Source of the DNA: Mizuhopecten yessoensis | Lineage: Eukaryota | Direction of reading: 5' to 3' | Assembly (NCBI RefSeq): GCF_002113885.1 | Contig: NW_018406469.1 | Location: forward strand, 244,105 to 308,104 | Length of the DNA stretch: 64,000 nucleotides | Part shown: positions 53,301-64,000 of the stretch, piece after piece | Layout of the letters: every line of letters starts with the position of its first letter | How positions within the stretch are numbered: the stretch's first letter is position 1 | The notes under the pieces: generated by a model | Told to the model about the DNA's origin: nothing | The model's database searches: none | The model's input: only the letters and a program-made list of their open reading frames with translations | Position numbers and translations under genes: made by a program

Positions 53301-56300
53301 GGAGTCGCTCCCCATGCAGAAGTCGCTGAAGTGTGATAATCGCCTCGGTGAACAGCGACATGTCTGTGAGGATCCGCACCTTCAAGATACGGCCATCAAC
53401 ACAACGCTGGAGGTCACGGCAAACAAAGGTCGTGAAGTGTAGGTACAGAGTCAGCAGTGGCAGCACCTGCATGGTAGATAAACAGGAATGAGACAAATGT
53501 GGATATGTTTGTGACAGTCTATATATGTACATCACAAAGGTCAGGCACCAGAAGGGTAAGATTCCTTCAGCAATGTGTACAATCTAAAATTTGTTATTTT
53601 TGTACACTTAAAAATAAAATTTACAACATGTGCTGGTTCTAAAAGCAGAAATTATAAAAAAACATCTTCTAAATGTCTTGTATGACCCTGAATCATTTTC
53701 CTTTTACAGTACTATAATTAACCATGTACTAAATAAGTCCTTACAAAGAGGTTATGTCTGCCTCTCGCCAGTTCTTCTGATGTCCAGCGTAGAGATGACA
53801 CCAGTGTGCGTCCGTCCATCCGAAACTTGTCGGATAAGAGGTCAATGCCTGGGACAAGGTTTGTGACCTCACAACCCTCTCCGACCTCGTACATGGCATA
53901 GTCACGATCTGCAGTAGGGTGGGGTAGGGAGGATCGGAACAGGGCCTGTAGGGAGAATAAAACATCAACAATTGTTTATTTACAGACTATCAACAATGTA
54001 GGGAGAATTAAACTTCAATGACTGTATATTTACAGACTATCAACAATGTAGGGAGAATTAAACTTCAATAACAGTATATTTACAGACTATCAACAATGTA
54101 GGGAGAATTAAATGTCAACAACTGTTTATTTACAAGCTATCAACATACCAATTCCGAGACATAGTCCTTCCTTGTTTTCATACCTTCATATATACCATGA
54201 TTTTAGATCTGTTTAGATGTTTGACATAAGTTACCCCACGCCGGGAGTCAAAAACACACATGCCAGCACACTCAGTTCAAACACTCTACACCTCACGTCC
54301 AAATGATAAAATGTTGAAACATTTCTCTCAACCAACATCACTTTAGTAGCTGTAGTAGTCAGTTTGCTGACTGACTAAGGATTTTGATAGACAATAATAT
54401 TGGATTGTACAAAAAAAGAAATAAAATCTACATCAGTAGAGATATACAGCAGTGATACCTTGAAGAAGTACCCAGACAGGAAGCAGCACTCCATACGCAG
54501 ACCAAGGTCCTGGGTCAGTATATACCTGTGGACAATTAACACAATAAGGTATAAGGTTTGGATATAATGTAGATATGATTACTGTGTACCGGGACATTTT
54601 CGCCCAGTCAAACTTTCGCCCTTCGGCCATCAACTCAGTTTTCGTCCAGTGTAAATTTAGCCCTCCACAAAAAAATTACTATGTATATTATACTGTCTAC
54701 TATATTGGCTGTAATGATAGATTCGCCCTTGTTAAAGGGGGCTAAAAAGTCGAAAATTAAACTGAAGAGAAAATGTCCAGGTATACAGTATGTTTGTTTA
54801 ATATTCATAAGAAACTCATTCTAAATACATGACACCGGCTTAGGGTAACCCAACATAATCTGATAAATGTTTGTATATACTTCCTAATCAATGTTTGAGA
54901 TATATGTCCGAATCTGACAATGTGATCGCTGTGCCAAACTTGCCCCTATCAATCTGGTTCTACTTACTGAGCGATCTTTGAAGCAAGGACACCCCCAAGT
55001 ACACATCCCCACAGACCACAGTGCTGCAGCATGTCCGAGCTGACATCGGTGCTGTTATCAAAGAGTTGGCGCCAGGTGTGGAGAGCATCGGAGGTGTTGA
55101 GGGTGTAGTCAAGGGACTCCGCCCACCACTGGTACGCCGACCTGTAACATATATATCACTACATAATAACTGTCATTAGAAGGAATCTACGTGGAAAATG
55201 GATCTGCTATAGAAACATATTGGTCTAGTATTTGGAAAGGAGCATATCGACTACGTACAACACAGGAATAATGACCTCAAGTCAGCATCTCTATCTCAAT
55301 TAAGTCAGTCGTTGTGGTACCAATAGATTTCTGACTGTACGTACCTGATGTTGGAGGAGTGGTACTGGAGGTTACCCAGTTCATGCATTGCCTGGGCCGC
55401 TAGGCCTCGTTGGTTTTTGGCTATCAACATTTCTGAAAAATAAATAATTACTTGTTGTATATATATCAATTAATTTTTAGAATATTTTAAATTGTAAAAC
55501 TCATAAATATTGAAATCAACATATTTTTCAAACACCCAATATAGCAATACAATTGGACCTATTCATTCATCAGTGTGTTTAAATGCTCTACTTGATTACA
55601 ACAAAGAATTATTTCAGCTTTCATAGTTCAAGTTATAAACAGTTATTTGAAAGATCTTACCTATGGTCTTTTCATACGAGGAGATAACAGTGCCCAGCTG
55701 TGAGCGTGGCATGCATGAAGTCTGAACATCGTCAATATGTAGATATTCCTCACGACTGATGTCGAGGGGCATGGTAGGCTGGGGGCGTGCTGTGTTGGGG
55801 GTGAACTCCACCTTGGACACTTGTCGACTCAGGGGTAAGTCACTTGCTGTAAACAGTATATACAATTTTAAAATTTAAGTAGGACTAAAGGAGTGCCATG
55901 TTGGGGGTAAACTCGTCTTTGGACACTGGGGGCCTGTTCATGTATGCTGAACAACAAGTTTGTCAGTTTTAAAAAGTAACATTTTCAGGTATAAATCCTG
56001 TCAGACCTGTAAATATTTATGCAGGCCTAGCAAGGCTTTGTTAAGGCTCATCTGAAAGCAGCATCAGATTACTAGGTCCAACCACGAACAACTCTGGTCA
56101 AACTGGTTCAATCGTTTAATGCTACCTAGGTATCACCGGGTAATGTCTGCAACTGTTAACAGGAAACCATGAGTCAGGGGTTTATTAAGACAGGTGAGAG
56201 ATTCCTTGGAAAGAGATTTGTGAAATAGGTTATAGATCAGCGAGACAGATAAAGAAGTTCAGAGACAAGTGTTACTTACAGTTCTGCTGTCCAGCCAGAT

Positions 56301-59300
56301 AGAGGACCAGGAGTCGTCGGCTGTGTTGGAGGGCGTGGCATGTGTACTGGGACTTGTCAAACACTGTTCTCAGTACAGACAGACTGTGGGGTACGTCCAG
56401 GGGCACCGATACATTCCTCTTACCATCCTCACCTACAACGCCATATACCATACTTATAGAAACATCAAATAACAGATGCTGTTAAATCGTAACACAAGGC
56501 ACATTTAGAGGACACCAGACAGGTTCTATATGAATACATGTACCATCTTGGAAGAACAAACTGGGTAAACAACATTCCTATCTACTTAACTAATTATACA
56601 GATTAATAAAAAAAACAATCTTAGAACTTTAAGCCTAAAAACAGAAAGCTGAGAACTGGTTCTGTTTAAAACACCTAGATTCCGCAAGATTCACTATTAG
56701 ATTTCAAAGAAGCACTGCCAAGTGGCAGCATCAATGAGGACTCACTCAAGATATTCTACCTTACAGAATTGTGATGAGACATAAAAGTCATTATGAGGAG
56801 AAAATATATATTGAAACAAACGTACCAATTCAGATAGACATGATTTTTAAGAAGAAAGTTTTACTTGTGTAAGCGCCATGGCCGAGGGGGTCAATCTGTG
56901 CTCCGGGCTGTATGTTAGATGAGCGTAGCTTGTCACTGCTGACGACCAACTGGCTGTGTATGTATTTCTTGGCTGTGATAACGCCGTTCACCTGCTGCAT
57001 GAGGAGTTTGATGTGTGACTGAGGTGGTACCTCCCCGCCCAGCTCATAGATCTGATCCTCAAGCTGTCTCTGGGCCTGAACCAATACCGGTATCACCTGC
57101 TCCGCATACCGGTCACTGTAACAGGACACATTTACTGGTTAACAGAATTTTTACAACTACAGGACTCCAAATAAATTCATTTTAGGAAAACTATGGCTAT
57201 TATCCTGATTGTGTTTCCCTTGCTGAAATGTGTTAATTGCTAAACGTATTAAAAGTGAGGCGCTTGAATTAATCATTGGCAGTCCTTGTTAATAATAATA
57301 AGATATGTTCTAGATCTCATAAGCATTAAGTAGTTATCTTATTAAATAATAACATGTAAAGTAATTCTTAATGTGAAGTTAAACAAAAGAAATACTAACT
57401 TGGACAGAGCGCTGAACCTGAGAGCGATGTCTACCAGCTTTTCCCACTTCTGTTCATAGTACAACAGCTCCATGACTCTCATCACCAGTCTCCGTACCCA
57501 GCGCAAGTCACTGATGCTCAGGTTGTCTAGAGGATTCTCAAACTTCAGGTTGGCTCCTCCTTTTTCATCCTTGGCCTCCCCTGTCCATGACTCAAACAGT
57601 TCTCCGAGCTTACGGTTCTTCTTCCTCTCCTAAACATTCATAATGCCAATATTAAGCCAACTGTTCACACAGTATACATTTATCCTTTTATACCAAAAAA
57701 ACATGATTGCAAACATTGACATGATGCATAAAAATCAACAATAAACATATACCAGTACTTATTGACCAATTAATTTCCTACAAAACTGTATAAATCCCTG
57801 ATGCATGTCTATGTTATCTTTAAGTTTTCCACAAACAGTTTGATAGTTATCCTGTATGGCCAGATTAATTCCTACAGACAAACAGAATGCCTAGGCCAGG
57901 TCATGGTTACATCTACCTTATTGGCATGGGCCTCTAGATCCAGCTGGAACTGAGCAAGCATGTCCAGGACACAGTCCGCTGCCATGTAAAATGGCCTCCA
58001 CACTAGACCGCGCAGCTGGTCAATGGACAGCAGACCGTCGTCCGTGTTGGGGTTCGGGGAGAAAGCTCGCAGGAGGGCAGTGTGGGCACAATTCCACAGT
58101 GACCGACATGCATTCTGTAATAATGTCCAGTGCTGACCTCTGTGGGCCAAATTCTGAAACAAAGTAAAAAAAAATACAATCAGTCTTTCATCTAATGTTT
58201 ACTGAAATTGTGTCATTGTCCATCCCCAAGTCCAACTTATCATTTTCTTAGATATAGAAAAAATCTGAAGCACTTTCATTTCATACATCTCTAACTTACT
58301 ATGGCCCTCCTGAAGTAGGTGAAGGTCCTATGGAGGGCCTCCTCTGTATCCTTGGATGATAGCATGATGTTGTCCATAGGTTTGGCTGTAGCCTTGGGCA
58401 TGTTACTGACATCAGACCTGTATGTACGAGGCGTGTCCTCGGGCTCAGGCGGTATAAAGTACAGAGGGGGTGGGGCATTGCCTGAAACAATACAAGAGAT
58501 TGTTAAATTTAGTCACTAAAACTTCCTTCAAAACATCAGCTTACCAAAATGTTTTAAATGAAACTGGTTTCCCTACAGAATTATTTCTAATCTGTTATCA
58601 TTACCTGTTGCCATGGCTGCGGCGATTTCTATGCCGGTGGCAGTAGTGCGAGGACGTGCCTCCTGCTCATACCCAACATCCATGTTGTCCATGTCAGACT
58701 CGTCGAAACCCTGCCCGTTGTACCTCTGGCGTTTATTGTCCCCGCTCTTCCTCGTCGGTCCTCCCTCCCAGCCAACTACTAGAGTCCCTGCAGTTTCATA
58801 CGTGAACCATTCCTGGTCTAGGAAGTTGGTCCTGAGAATGCACGGAAACACATTGATAAGAGATATGTAATTGAGTGGTTCAAATGACAAAACGTTACTA
58901 TTCTCGTCATGAAAATGAAGCAAGCAAATAACGTAGAGCATAGAATGTAGCTAGTTATCAAATTTCACCGTAAGACATTTAGCGATCGTTGAAGGATTGT
59001 AGGTTACTATACCTGTACATGCTACTGCTGGAGGTGCCGAGAACCTTGTCTCGTGTTTCTAACTTGTGTAGGAATGAGGAGAAGTGACTCAATCCCTGGA
59101 TTAACGTCAGCTGTAAACAAAGATTAACATATTAAGTCACACCATCCTGACAACTGATATACTAACACACCGTTCCTACGACTGATATACAAACACACCG
59201 TCCCGAAAACTGATATACAAACATGGATTCATGAGATGTTACACTTTTTCTTACAACCGTTAATAAATCTATCGCATCAAGTTTACTTACCTGACATCTC

Positions 59301-62300
59301 CATGGTAACTCATCAATACAGAGTTTGCGCAGACGCCTTCGTCTTAACCACTGTTTGAACATGTCGGGCAGGTGGGCCGTGAACTTTTCGATCGCCTACA
59401 ACACAGAGAATTGATAAAACAATTAGTAACAACCATCATCATTCAGACCCCAGATAACATGTAACACTGTTTGTTCCTTTTTCCTGGTACTCTCAGTCAT
59501 TTCCCTACCACAAAGGAATAACATGTCCGTAGAAATAATGACAACTTCATCACTAATATATACAACAGTTTACTGGTACATGTATCTGGAAATTTCTGCT
59601 GCAGTTTAATTTTTGCCATTTCCGACCACCGTATAGTAATTAGGGCAAGTTTATCATTACAGAGAACATTAGTAAACAACATCAAATGCATAGTAATTAA
59701 ATGTGAAGGGCAAAATTAATACTGGGCAAAGGGATTATTCTGGCGAAGGGCCAAGTTTTACTTGGCACAAATGTCCAGGCATACAGTGTACTAAGAAAAA
59801 AGTACATCCCAAATATACAACACTGATGTGATTGTATGGCTGGCTGAGAACACACCTTGAGTTCTGCTTCCTCCTGGGCTTGTCTCGCAGCTTCAGTCAT
59901 GTTGGGGTTAACTTGGAGGGGCTGAAAATAATATCACCTTACATTAGTAACAGCAGTAAGACAAAGGACAGGTATACGTAGCCAGCAATAACACTGTTAT
60001 CTTTATCTAGTTTCAAACCAATGATCCATTTACATTTACAAACCCTCCATCACTAATCAACTTTATTCACCAATGTATTTCTCACCTTCTCTGTTTTCAT
60101 CTTCCCCTTATATTACTTGACCCCAGACTTGTCCTCAATATCTAGTTAACCAATGTCCCCTTTATTTACCTGTACCCCTTGTTGCTGGCCTTTGCCCTTT
60201 GTGTTGACATTGAAACCCTGTTCTTAGTCTATGTTACTGATATTGAAATTTACCCCTGTTGTTGACATAAACCACCTGTCACTGACTTTTCCCCTGATAC
60301 AGTTGACCTTTCTCCCATTGTTGATGCATGTCCCCTGATTTGACCTTTGCCCTATGTTGATGACCTTTTTCCCTTTCATTATTTTCTCTGTTCTTGACCC
60401 CTGCCCTTTTTGTGACATTTGCTCCCAATTGTTGACCTATGACCTGTCACTGATCTATGCCTGTATTGCTGGAACCCTGACCTTGTATTGGCGCCGGCGT
60501 TTGGGCCGAGGCGTGGCCTTTGAGGGGGAGGACTTGCTGGGAGAGGCCTTGGACATCTGGCCAGGGATCTTAGGGACTGTCATGTCCTTTTCCTTGTTGT
60601 ACTCCACCACTGCTGCGTGGAAACGCTTTGGATCATCCCCCGTCACCGTGACAACCCCTGCCCCAGGCTGCTTACCTAGGAATGGCTTCATACCAATGAT
60701 CTGCTCATTGCGTCTGTTAAATTAAGGGTCAAATTGTCATCTGGATGAACATACTATCATTTCTTATTTTAAAAACATTTAAAACAAAATGAATTGTCCC
60801 TTTATTTTACTGTTATATGTTTGCTGATTTGATGAGAAGTTTTAAGTAAGAAATACATTATTATAAATTACAGGATGTTATAGGGTAATCACCTGGTAAG
60901 CCAGTTAGCTGTCTCATCACACCAGTCTGCAGCCTGCTGGGACATCCCCTCTGTAAGGGCCTTCTGGGCTACCTGGACGAAGAACTCCAGGTAACGATGG
61001 CGCCGCTTGAACTTGGCCACTAAAACACAGCACATCATATACAGTTATGATACCATGTGGAGAAACCAACATTGTTAGTACATTGCAGTTCTGATTGGCT
61101 TAAATATTTATGAATACACAATGAAATAGAGTTATAGTCTCAACACTTCGGAAATAACTGCCCAGAGTATCAAACAGAAACTTGTCGTTAAAAATAACGC
61201 TGTACCTTCTCGATAGGCCAGTTTACTTGGCAGGTATGCAATGTAGGCGTGGAGGATGCTGGGGTCTTCATAGCCGGTCAGTTCATGGTCATACTGTGCC
61301 TGTTTGGACAGACTCAGCATGTGGGCCTCCAAGGCCTTCAGCTCCTCATTGGTGGGTCCGTCCCCATCCTCCTTGGTCCCTTGACCGCCTGCCCCCATTT
61401 TCTTTGCACGCTTCTTTTTCATCATCTGTAGTGGTGCTGTGTCTGAGTCAGTGTTGTCAATGGATATGTCTACCTGCAGATCACTAGCTGCAGTTGTTGT
61501 CCCATCCCCAGGGGTTTTTTGAGTGTCCTTCCTAGTCGGCTCGTCAAATGTCTCCAGGGCCAAAAGCTTACGACCCGACTCATTGAGTGAGTTAGCCAGT
61601 TGTTTCTGTCCCCATGCTCTCAGAACCTACAGAAAAGAAATGTGCTCTTCATTAATACAGGTAGCCACCAAGAGCTACAGTCTTACAACTGGTTAGTCAA
61701 AGGTGTTGTATCTTTGTAGGCTATCTAACCATCTATGAAAGACCATACGATAGTAAAAGCCCTACCTTTGCCATGTGGTAGGTGATAGAAGCAGTCATGT
61801 GATGTAGACTGTCTGCGATGTTCGGTTGACGTTTCTGTCTCAGTCCAGCAGGAATCTCCTGGAGTACGACGTGACAACGCTGAAGAACCTAGACACACAA
61901 GCAAACATACAATATTAACTAAATACAGTTTAGAGTAGTCACATATATCAGATACAAAGCAACATTTTTTTATAATAAAAAAGAAAGCTTAAGCAAGTAC
62001 ATATATGTACCATGCATTCCAGTTTGAAACACAAAATGTTTTTTTTCTCAAATGCACCCATAATATTTGTGAGAAAAGCTGAGGATTAAGGCAGTACCTG
62101 TATGACAGCTACAGAAGGTATCTTGTAGAAGATGAGGGGAGCCAACAGACCATACACCTGGACTACAGATTGGAGGGCCAAGTTAGCTTCATTCAGCCAG
62201 CCTGCTAACTCTATAGCCACCAACATCCTCTCACACTCCGCAAGACGCTTCATCTGTAGTGGTAAAACATGATGTGTCGGATCATCTATAGATAGGAAAT

Positions 62301-63910
62301 GTAACCTTCAAATAAATACTGGTGATTGTAACTCTACTGATGTAACCTTCAAATTAATATGCGAGATAGAGCCAACGTCAATGTTGAGTAGGTTGGTTGA
62401 GTAGGCGGGGTACTGCGCTATGAGTGTGGATACCGAAAGGTATGCAGGGCGATTGAATAAAAAGTTGCATATAAATCCAGGTAGGTTTCAATCACAACAC
62501 GCTCAAGCGTTACCAATGCGTGGGTTTTTATTACGGTCAGCTAGTTTCGACTCTATGTGCGAGTCTTCATCAGGACATTTTTTCAAGATATTTCAGCCCC
62601 TGAAGTACTAAAAATGGGGTGCACTTTTACATTGTTAGTTATTACATGACGTCATCAATAGATAGATAATACACAATAGTGAAGGGCGGGTAAGCCCTTC
62701 TTAGATGTTCTAACTTTATAGATATGCTGTGATTATTAAAAATGTCTTTCTCTGAAATTCAAACTTATTGTTCACATGTAGTTTTATATATTAACGTGCT
62801 ACGGTATTTCCGTAGATGATTTTATATTATCACTGACGATTGTAACACTTGATGTAACCTTCAAATAAATACTATATGATTGTAGCACTTGATATTACCT
62901 TCAAGTAAATACTGATGATTGTAACACTATTGATGTTACCTTCAGGTAAATAATGATTATTGTAACACTATTGATGTAGCCTTCAAATTATTATTGTAAC
63001 ACTATTGATGTAGCCTTCAAATGATTATTGTAACACTATTGATGTAGCCTTCAAATTATTATTGTAACACTATTGATGTAGCCTTTAAATTATTATTGTA
63101 ACACTATTGATGTTACCTTCAGGTAAATAATGATTATTGTAACACTGTTGATGTAGCCTTCAAATTATTATTGTAACACTATTGATGTAGCCTTCAAATT
63201 ATTATTGTAACACTATTGATGTAGCCTTCAAATTATTATTGTAACACTATTGATGTAGCCTTCAAATTATTATTGTAACACTATTGATGTAGCCTTCAAA
63301 TTATTATTGTAACACTATTGATGTAGCCTTCAAATTATTATTGTAACACTATTGATGTAGCCTTCAAATGATTATTGTAACACTATTGATGTAGCCTTCA
63401 AATTATTATTGTAACACTATTGATGTAGCCTTTAAATTATTATTGTAACACTATTGATGTTACCTTCAGGTAAATAATGATTATTGTAACACTGTTGATG
63501 TAGCCTTCAAATTATTATTGTAACACTATTGATGTAGCCTTCAAATTAATACTGGTGCTTGTAACGTTATTGACGTAACCTTCAAATTAATACTGGTGAT
63601 TGTAGCACTATTGATGCAGCCTTCAAATTAATACTGACAATTGTAATACTGACGTTTGTAACACTACTGATGTAGCCTTCAAGTAATTACTATATGATTG
63701 TAGCGCTATTGATGTAGTCTTCAATTAAGATTTTAATTAGAATGATTGATAGAGTAGTATACCTGTCCCTTGAAGAGAGGACCTTTATCACAGAGAACAT
63801 CACAGAAGAGTTGTCCTTCCCTGACGCTCATGTCCACGCCAATAAATATACTGGTGAGGAATTGGCGAAGTAATACTGGTGACGACAGACAGACGACCTT
63901 CTGGTTCAAC
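23395..63910 (-). CDS. CFAP54: Cilia- and flagella-associated protein 54, 3' portion (gene continues beyond the right edge)
   Basis: Phase-consistent GT-AG exons in transcript order: 63763-63910, 62098-62253, 61766-61888, 61206-61626, 60893-61019, 60482-60713, 59856-59921, 59291-59395, 59013-59110, 58605-58831, 58300-58481, 57917-58153, 57400-57629, 56865-57115, 56280-56432, 55661-55846, 55345-55432, 54968-55141, 54459-54525, 53745-53945, 53203-53466, 52385-52536, 45480-45616, 44792-44959, 44214-44394, 39386-39588, 38755-38933, 38295-38474, 37960-38138, 37188-37312, 36473-36581, 35867-36023, 32038-32317, 31314-31439, 30329-30989, 29779-29932, 25895-26065, 23395-23517. Recognisable CFAP54 segments include RLAECERMLVAIELAGWLNEANLALQSVVQVYGLLAP, LAHRGQHWTLLQNACRSLW, ALFRSSLPHP and the C-terminal LPFEV...LESLFDPSFG...W. 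Confidence 0.92.
24202..24290. mobile_element. Short MITE ending in TTAA (piggyBac-like)
   Basis: aactcattca...tgaatgagttaa inverted termini. Shares ccataatg with the 29.1 kb and 51.2 kb elements. Confidence 0.6.
24492..25927 (-). repeat. 51-bp tandem array (about 28 copies) made of the end of the penultimate CFAP54 exon and its donor site
   Basis: Minus-strand unit aaatctgagactggatcagtggtttctacagag|gtaggtgtattaacagac. The first copy is the real exon end (KSETGSVVSTE). Confidence 0.95.
26634..28197. repeat. Intronic tandem array, about 97-bp unit, about 16 copies
   Basis: Unit acataagctgacatacccaacaactgtccgttaataccgattccacaacacataggcaacaaatgacattatacaacattagtacgacaggaaactt. Confidence 0.95.
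29076..29157. mobile_element. piggyBac-type MITE with TTAA TSD and CCC...GGG termini
   Basis: ttaaccctttcac...gtgaaagggttaa. A second copy is at 51188-51277. Confidence 0.75.
29323..29340 (-). CDS. CFAP54: Candidate 18-nt CFAP54 microexon (DFLPIE)
   Basis: gctgatttttcaaaag|GACTTTCTTCCCATCGAG|gtaagc. Phase 0-0, matching the flanking exons, with no stop. Confidence 0.6.
32845..33735. repeat. Intronic minisatellite, about 31-36-bp unit
   Basis: atagccacacttccatgaacaacatgacatt(at)n, roughly 25 copies. Confidence 0.95.
34430..34920. repeat. Intronic minisatellite, 33-bp unit
   Basis: tttatagatgtaacaccatcaatgattggacta, about 14 copies, more diverged toward the left. Confidence 0.9.
36034..36285. 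repeat. Degenerate array of about 28-bp units next to a CFAP54 acceptor
   Basis: Variants of aaggtcaacatactcagccatggcaaca. Confidence 0.7.
37358..37447 (+). mobile_element. Truncated tRNA-derived SINE head related to the 7.2 kb element
   Basis: A box gtggtgcagtga, degenerate B box gggatttgattacc, and tgtgaaaatgtttggggtca. Flanked by tgttatctataa direct repeats (about 37332 and 37451). Confidence 0.6.
37597..37975 (-). repeat. 44-bp tandem array (about 8.5 copies) made of a CFAP54 exon end and donor site
   Basis: Minus-strand unit acatccgtggagg|gtacgtagaaaacattctccgatcacagtaa. The first copy is the real junction at 37960. Confidence 0.9.
40375..40676. repeat. 63-bp tandem array, about 4.5 copies
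   Basis: gatgctgatataggacattattacagagatag...cagacaaagatg. Confidence 0.9.
40674..40912. repeat. 42-bp tandem array, about 5.5 copies, abutting the 63-bp array
   Basis: acaggtttagcctgccttcaccatagctatcactcatactca. Confidence 0.9.
41825..41845 (-). CDS. CFAP54: Candidate 21-nt CFAP54 microexon (S-HTRDRQ-K)
   Basis: tttcgtgttttag|TCACACACGGGATCGCCAAAA|gtaagt. Phase 2-2, matching the flanking exons, with no stop. Confidence 0.6.
41968..43396. repeat. 46-bp tandem array, about 31 copies
   Basis: gggtgggcctttactgtgacattctaatgatacgaagtaaaactag. Confidence 0.95.
45143..45361. mobile_element. Degenerate Tc1/mariner-like MITE
   Basis: attttcgt blocks at the left mirrored by acgaaaat/acgaaatt blocks at the right; ends in cagta. 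Confidence 0.55.
46868..49667. repeat. 41-42-bp tandem array (about 60 copies) with an interspersed approximately 60-bp segment
   Basis: Unit ataggtcagcttagttgtatgtacccataacagtacacaggt. The segment atgagagattacagaaatgatggggaaacataggaagagatcagtgaatgaaacagt occurs at about 47626, 48122, 48438 and 49611. Confidence 0.95.
49668..50100. mobile_element. Unclassified non-autonomous element beginning with an approximately 180-bp hairpin
   Basis: attgtttca...ggggaacagtcaaaactatcatcccgaggtagggggaagccct pairs with agggcttccccctaccgagagatggtagttttgactgttcccc...tgaaacaat around the loop gaggccggtaggccaag. aacagtcaaaa recurs at about 50050. Confidence 0.6.
50762..51546. repeat. Two approximately 190-bp direct repeats (about 50762-50953 and 51357-51546)
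   Basis: Near-identical aattatatttg...aagtaagcgtttgcgcttact...ttcatacg, about 593 bp apart. Confidence 0.9.
51188..51277. mobile_element. piggyBac-type MITE with TTAA TSD
   Basis: ttaacccttcac...gtgaaagggttaa. Shares accataatggactcatcca with 29076-29157. Confidence 0.75.
51655..51711 (-). CDS. CFAP54: Candidate 57-nt CFAP54 cassette exon (F-CHVSTIMRKLVSRYVRQV-R)
   Basis: Strong acceptor ttttcttttcccactcatcag| and donor CAG|gtatac. Phase 2-2 and open in frame. Confidence 0.6.
52590..52950. repeat. 69-bp tandem array, about 5 copies
   Basis: atctcacaaggttcaatggtatttcatattgaaaaagtattacctcacgagtaaaatgaatactt. Confidence 0.9.
53946..54145 (-). repeat. 50-bp tandem array (4 copies) containing the acceptor tract of a CFAP54 exon
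   Basis: The real copy ends ttctccctacag|; upstream copies end ttctccctacat. Confidence 0.85.
54580..54790. mobile_element. TA-flanked MITE (Tc1/mariner-like)
   Basis: TIRs tactgtgtaccgggacattttc / gaaaatgtccaggtatacagta. A related remnant lies at about 59575-59787. Confidence 0.75.
62830..63725. repeat. About 34-bp tandem array, about 25 copies
   Basis: ttattgtaacactattgatgtagccttcaaatta. Two further units at about 62299-62360 are separated from the array by a 460-bp insert. Confidence 0.95.
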
Positions 63911-64000
63911 CTAGAGACACAATAAACAGGGATGTATCTCTGATACTATAGGACAGACAATTACACAGTACAGAGCAGGTTTATATCTCACTTCAGGATA

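Noticed and set aside
60085-60470. Degenerate ttgacc-rich tract next to the donor at 60482
   Set aside because: Could be another decayed junction array, but I could not define a repeat unit by eye.

Overview
AT-rich, intron-rich animal genomic DNA. It is most likely a bivalve mollusc, inferred from the SINE, MITE and Helentron-type repeat content. Three genes can be reconstructed by hand. (1) The first coding exon of an srGAP (SLIT-ROBO Rho GAP) gene on the minus strand at 12552-12618; positions 1-12551 are its long first intron. (2) A complete 4-exon FAM72 gene on the plus strand at 13006-20522 (153 aa), head-to-head with srGAP with only 387 nt between the two ATGs. (3) The 3' part of CFAP54 on the minus strand at 23395-63910, with 38 phase-consistent core exons plus 3 candidate cassette exons or microexons, convergent with FAM72. 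Two observations stand out. The SRGAP-FAM72 bidirectional pair, which I know as a vertebrate arrangement, appears here in a very compact form in an invertebrate. In addition, several tandem arrays and local duplications are seeded exactly on splice junctions or stop codons of FAM72 and CFAP54, creating dozens of decoy splice sites; in the three large junction arrays nearly all alternative choices hit an in-frame stop. The long ORFs in the supplied track at 18.5-19.7 kb and 24.4-25.9 kb are artefacts of these arrays. All family assignments come from remembered sequences, not database searches.
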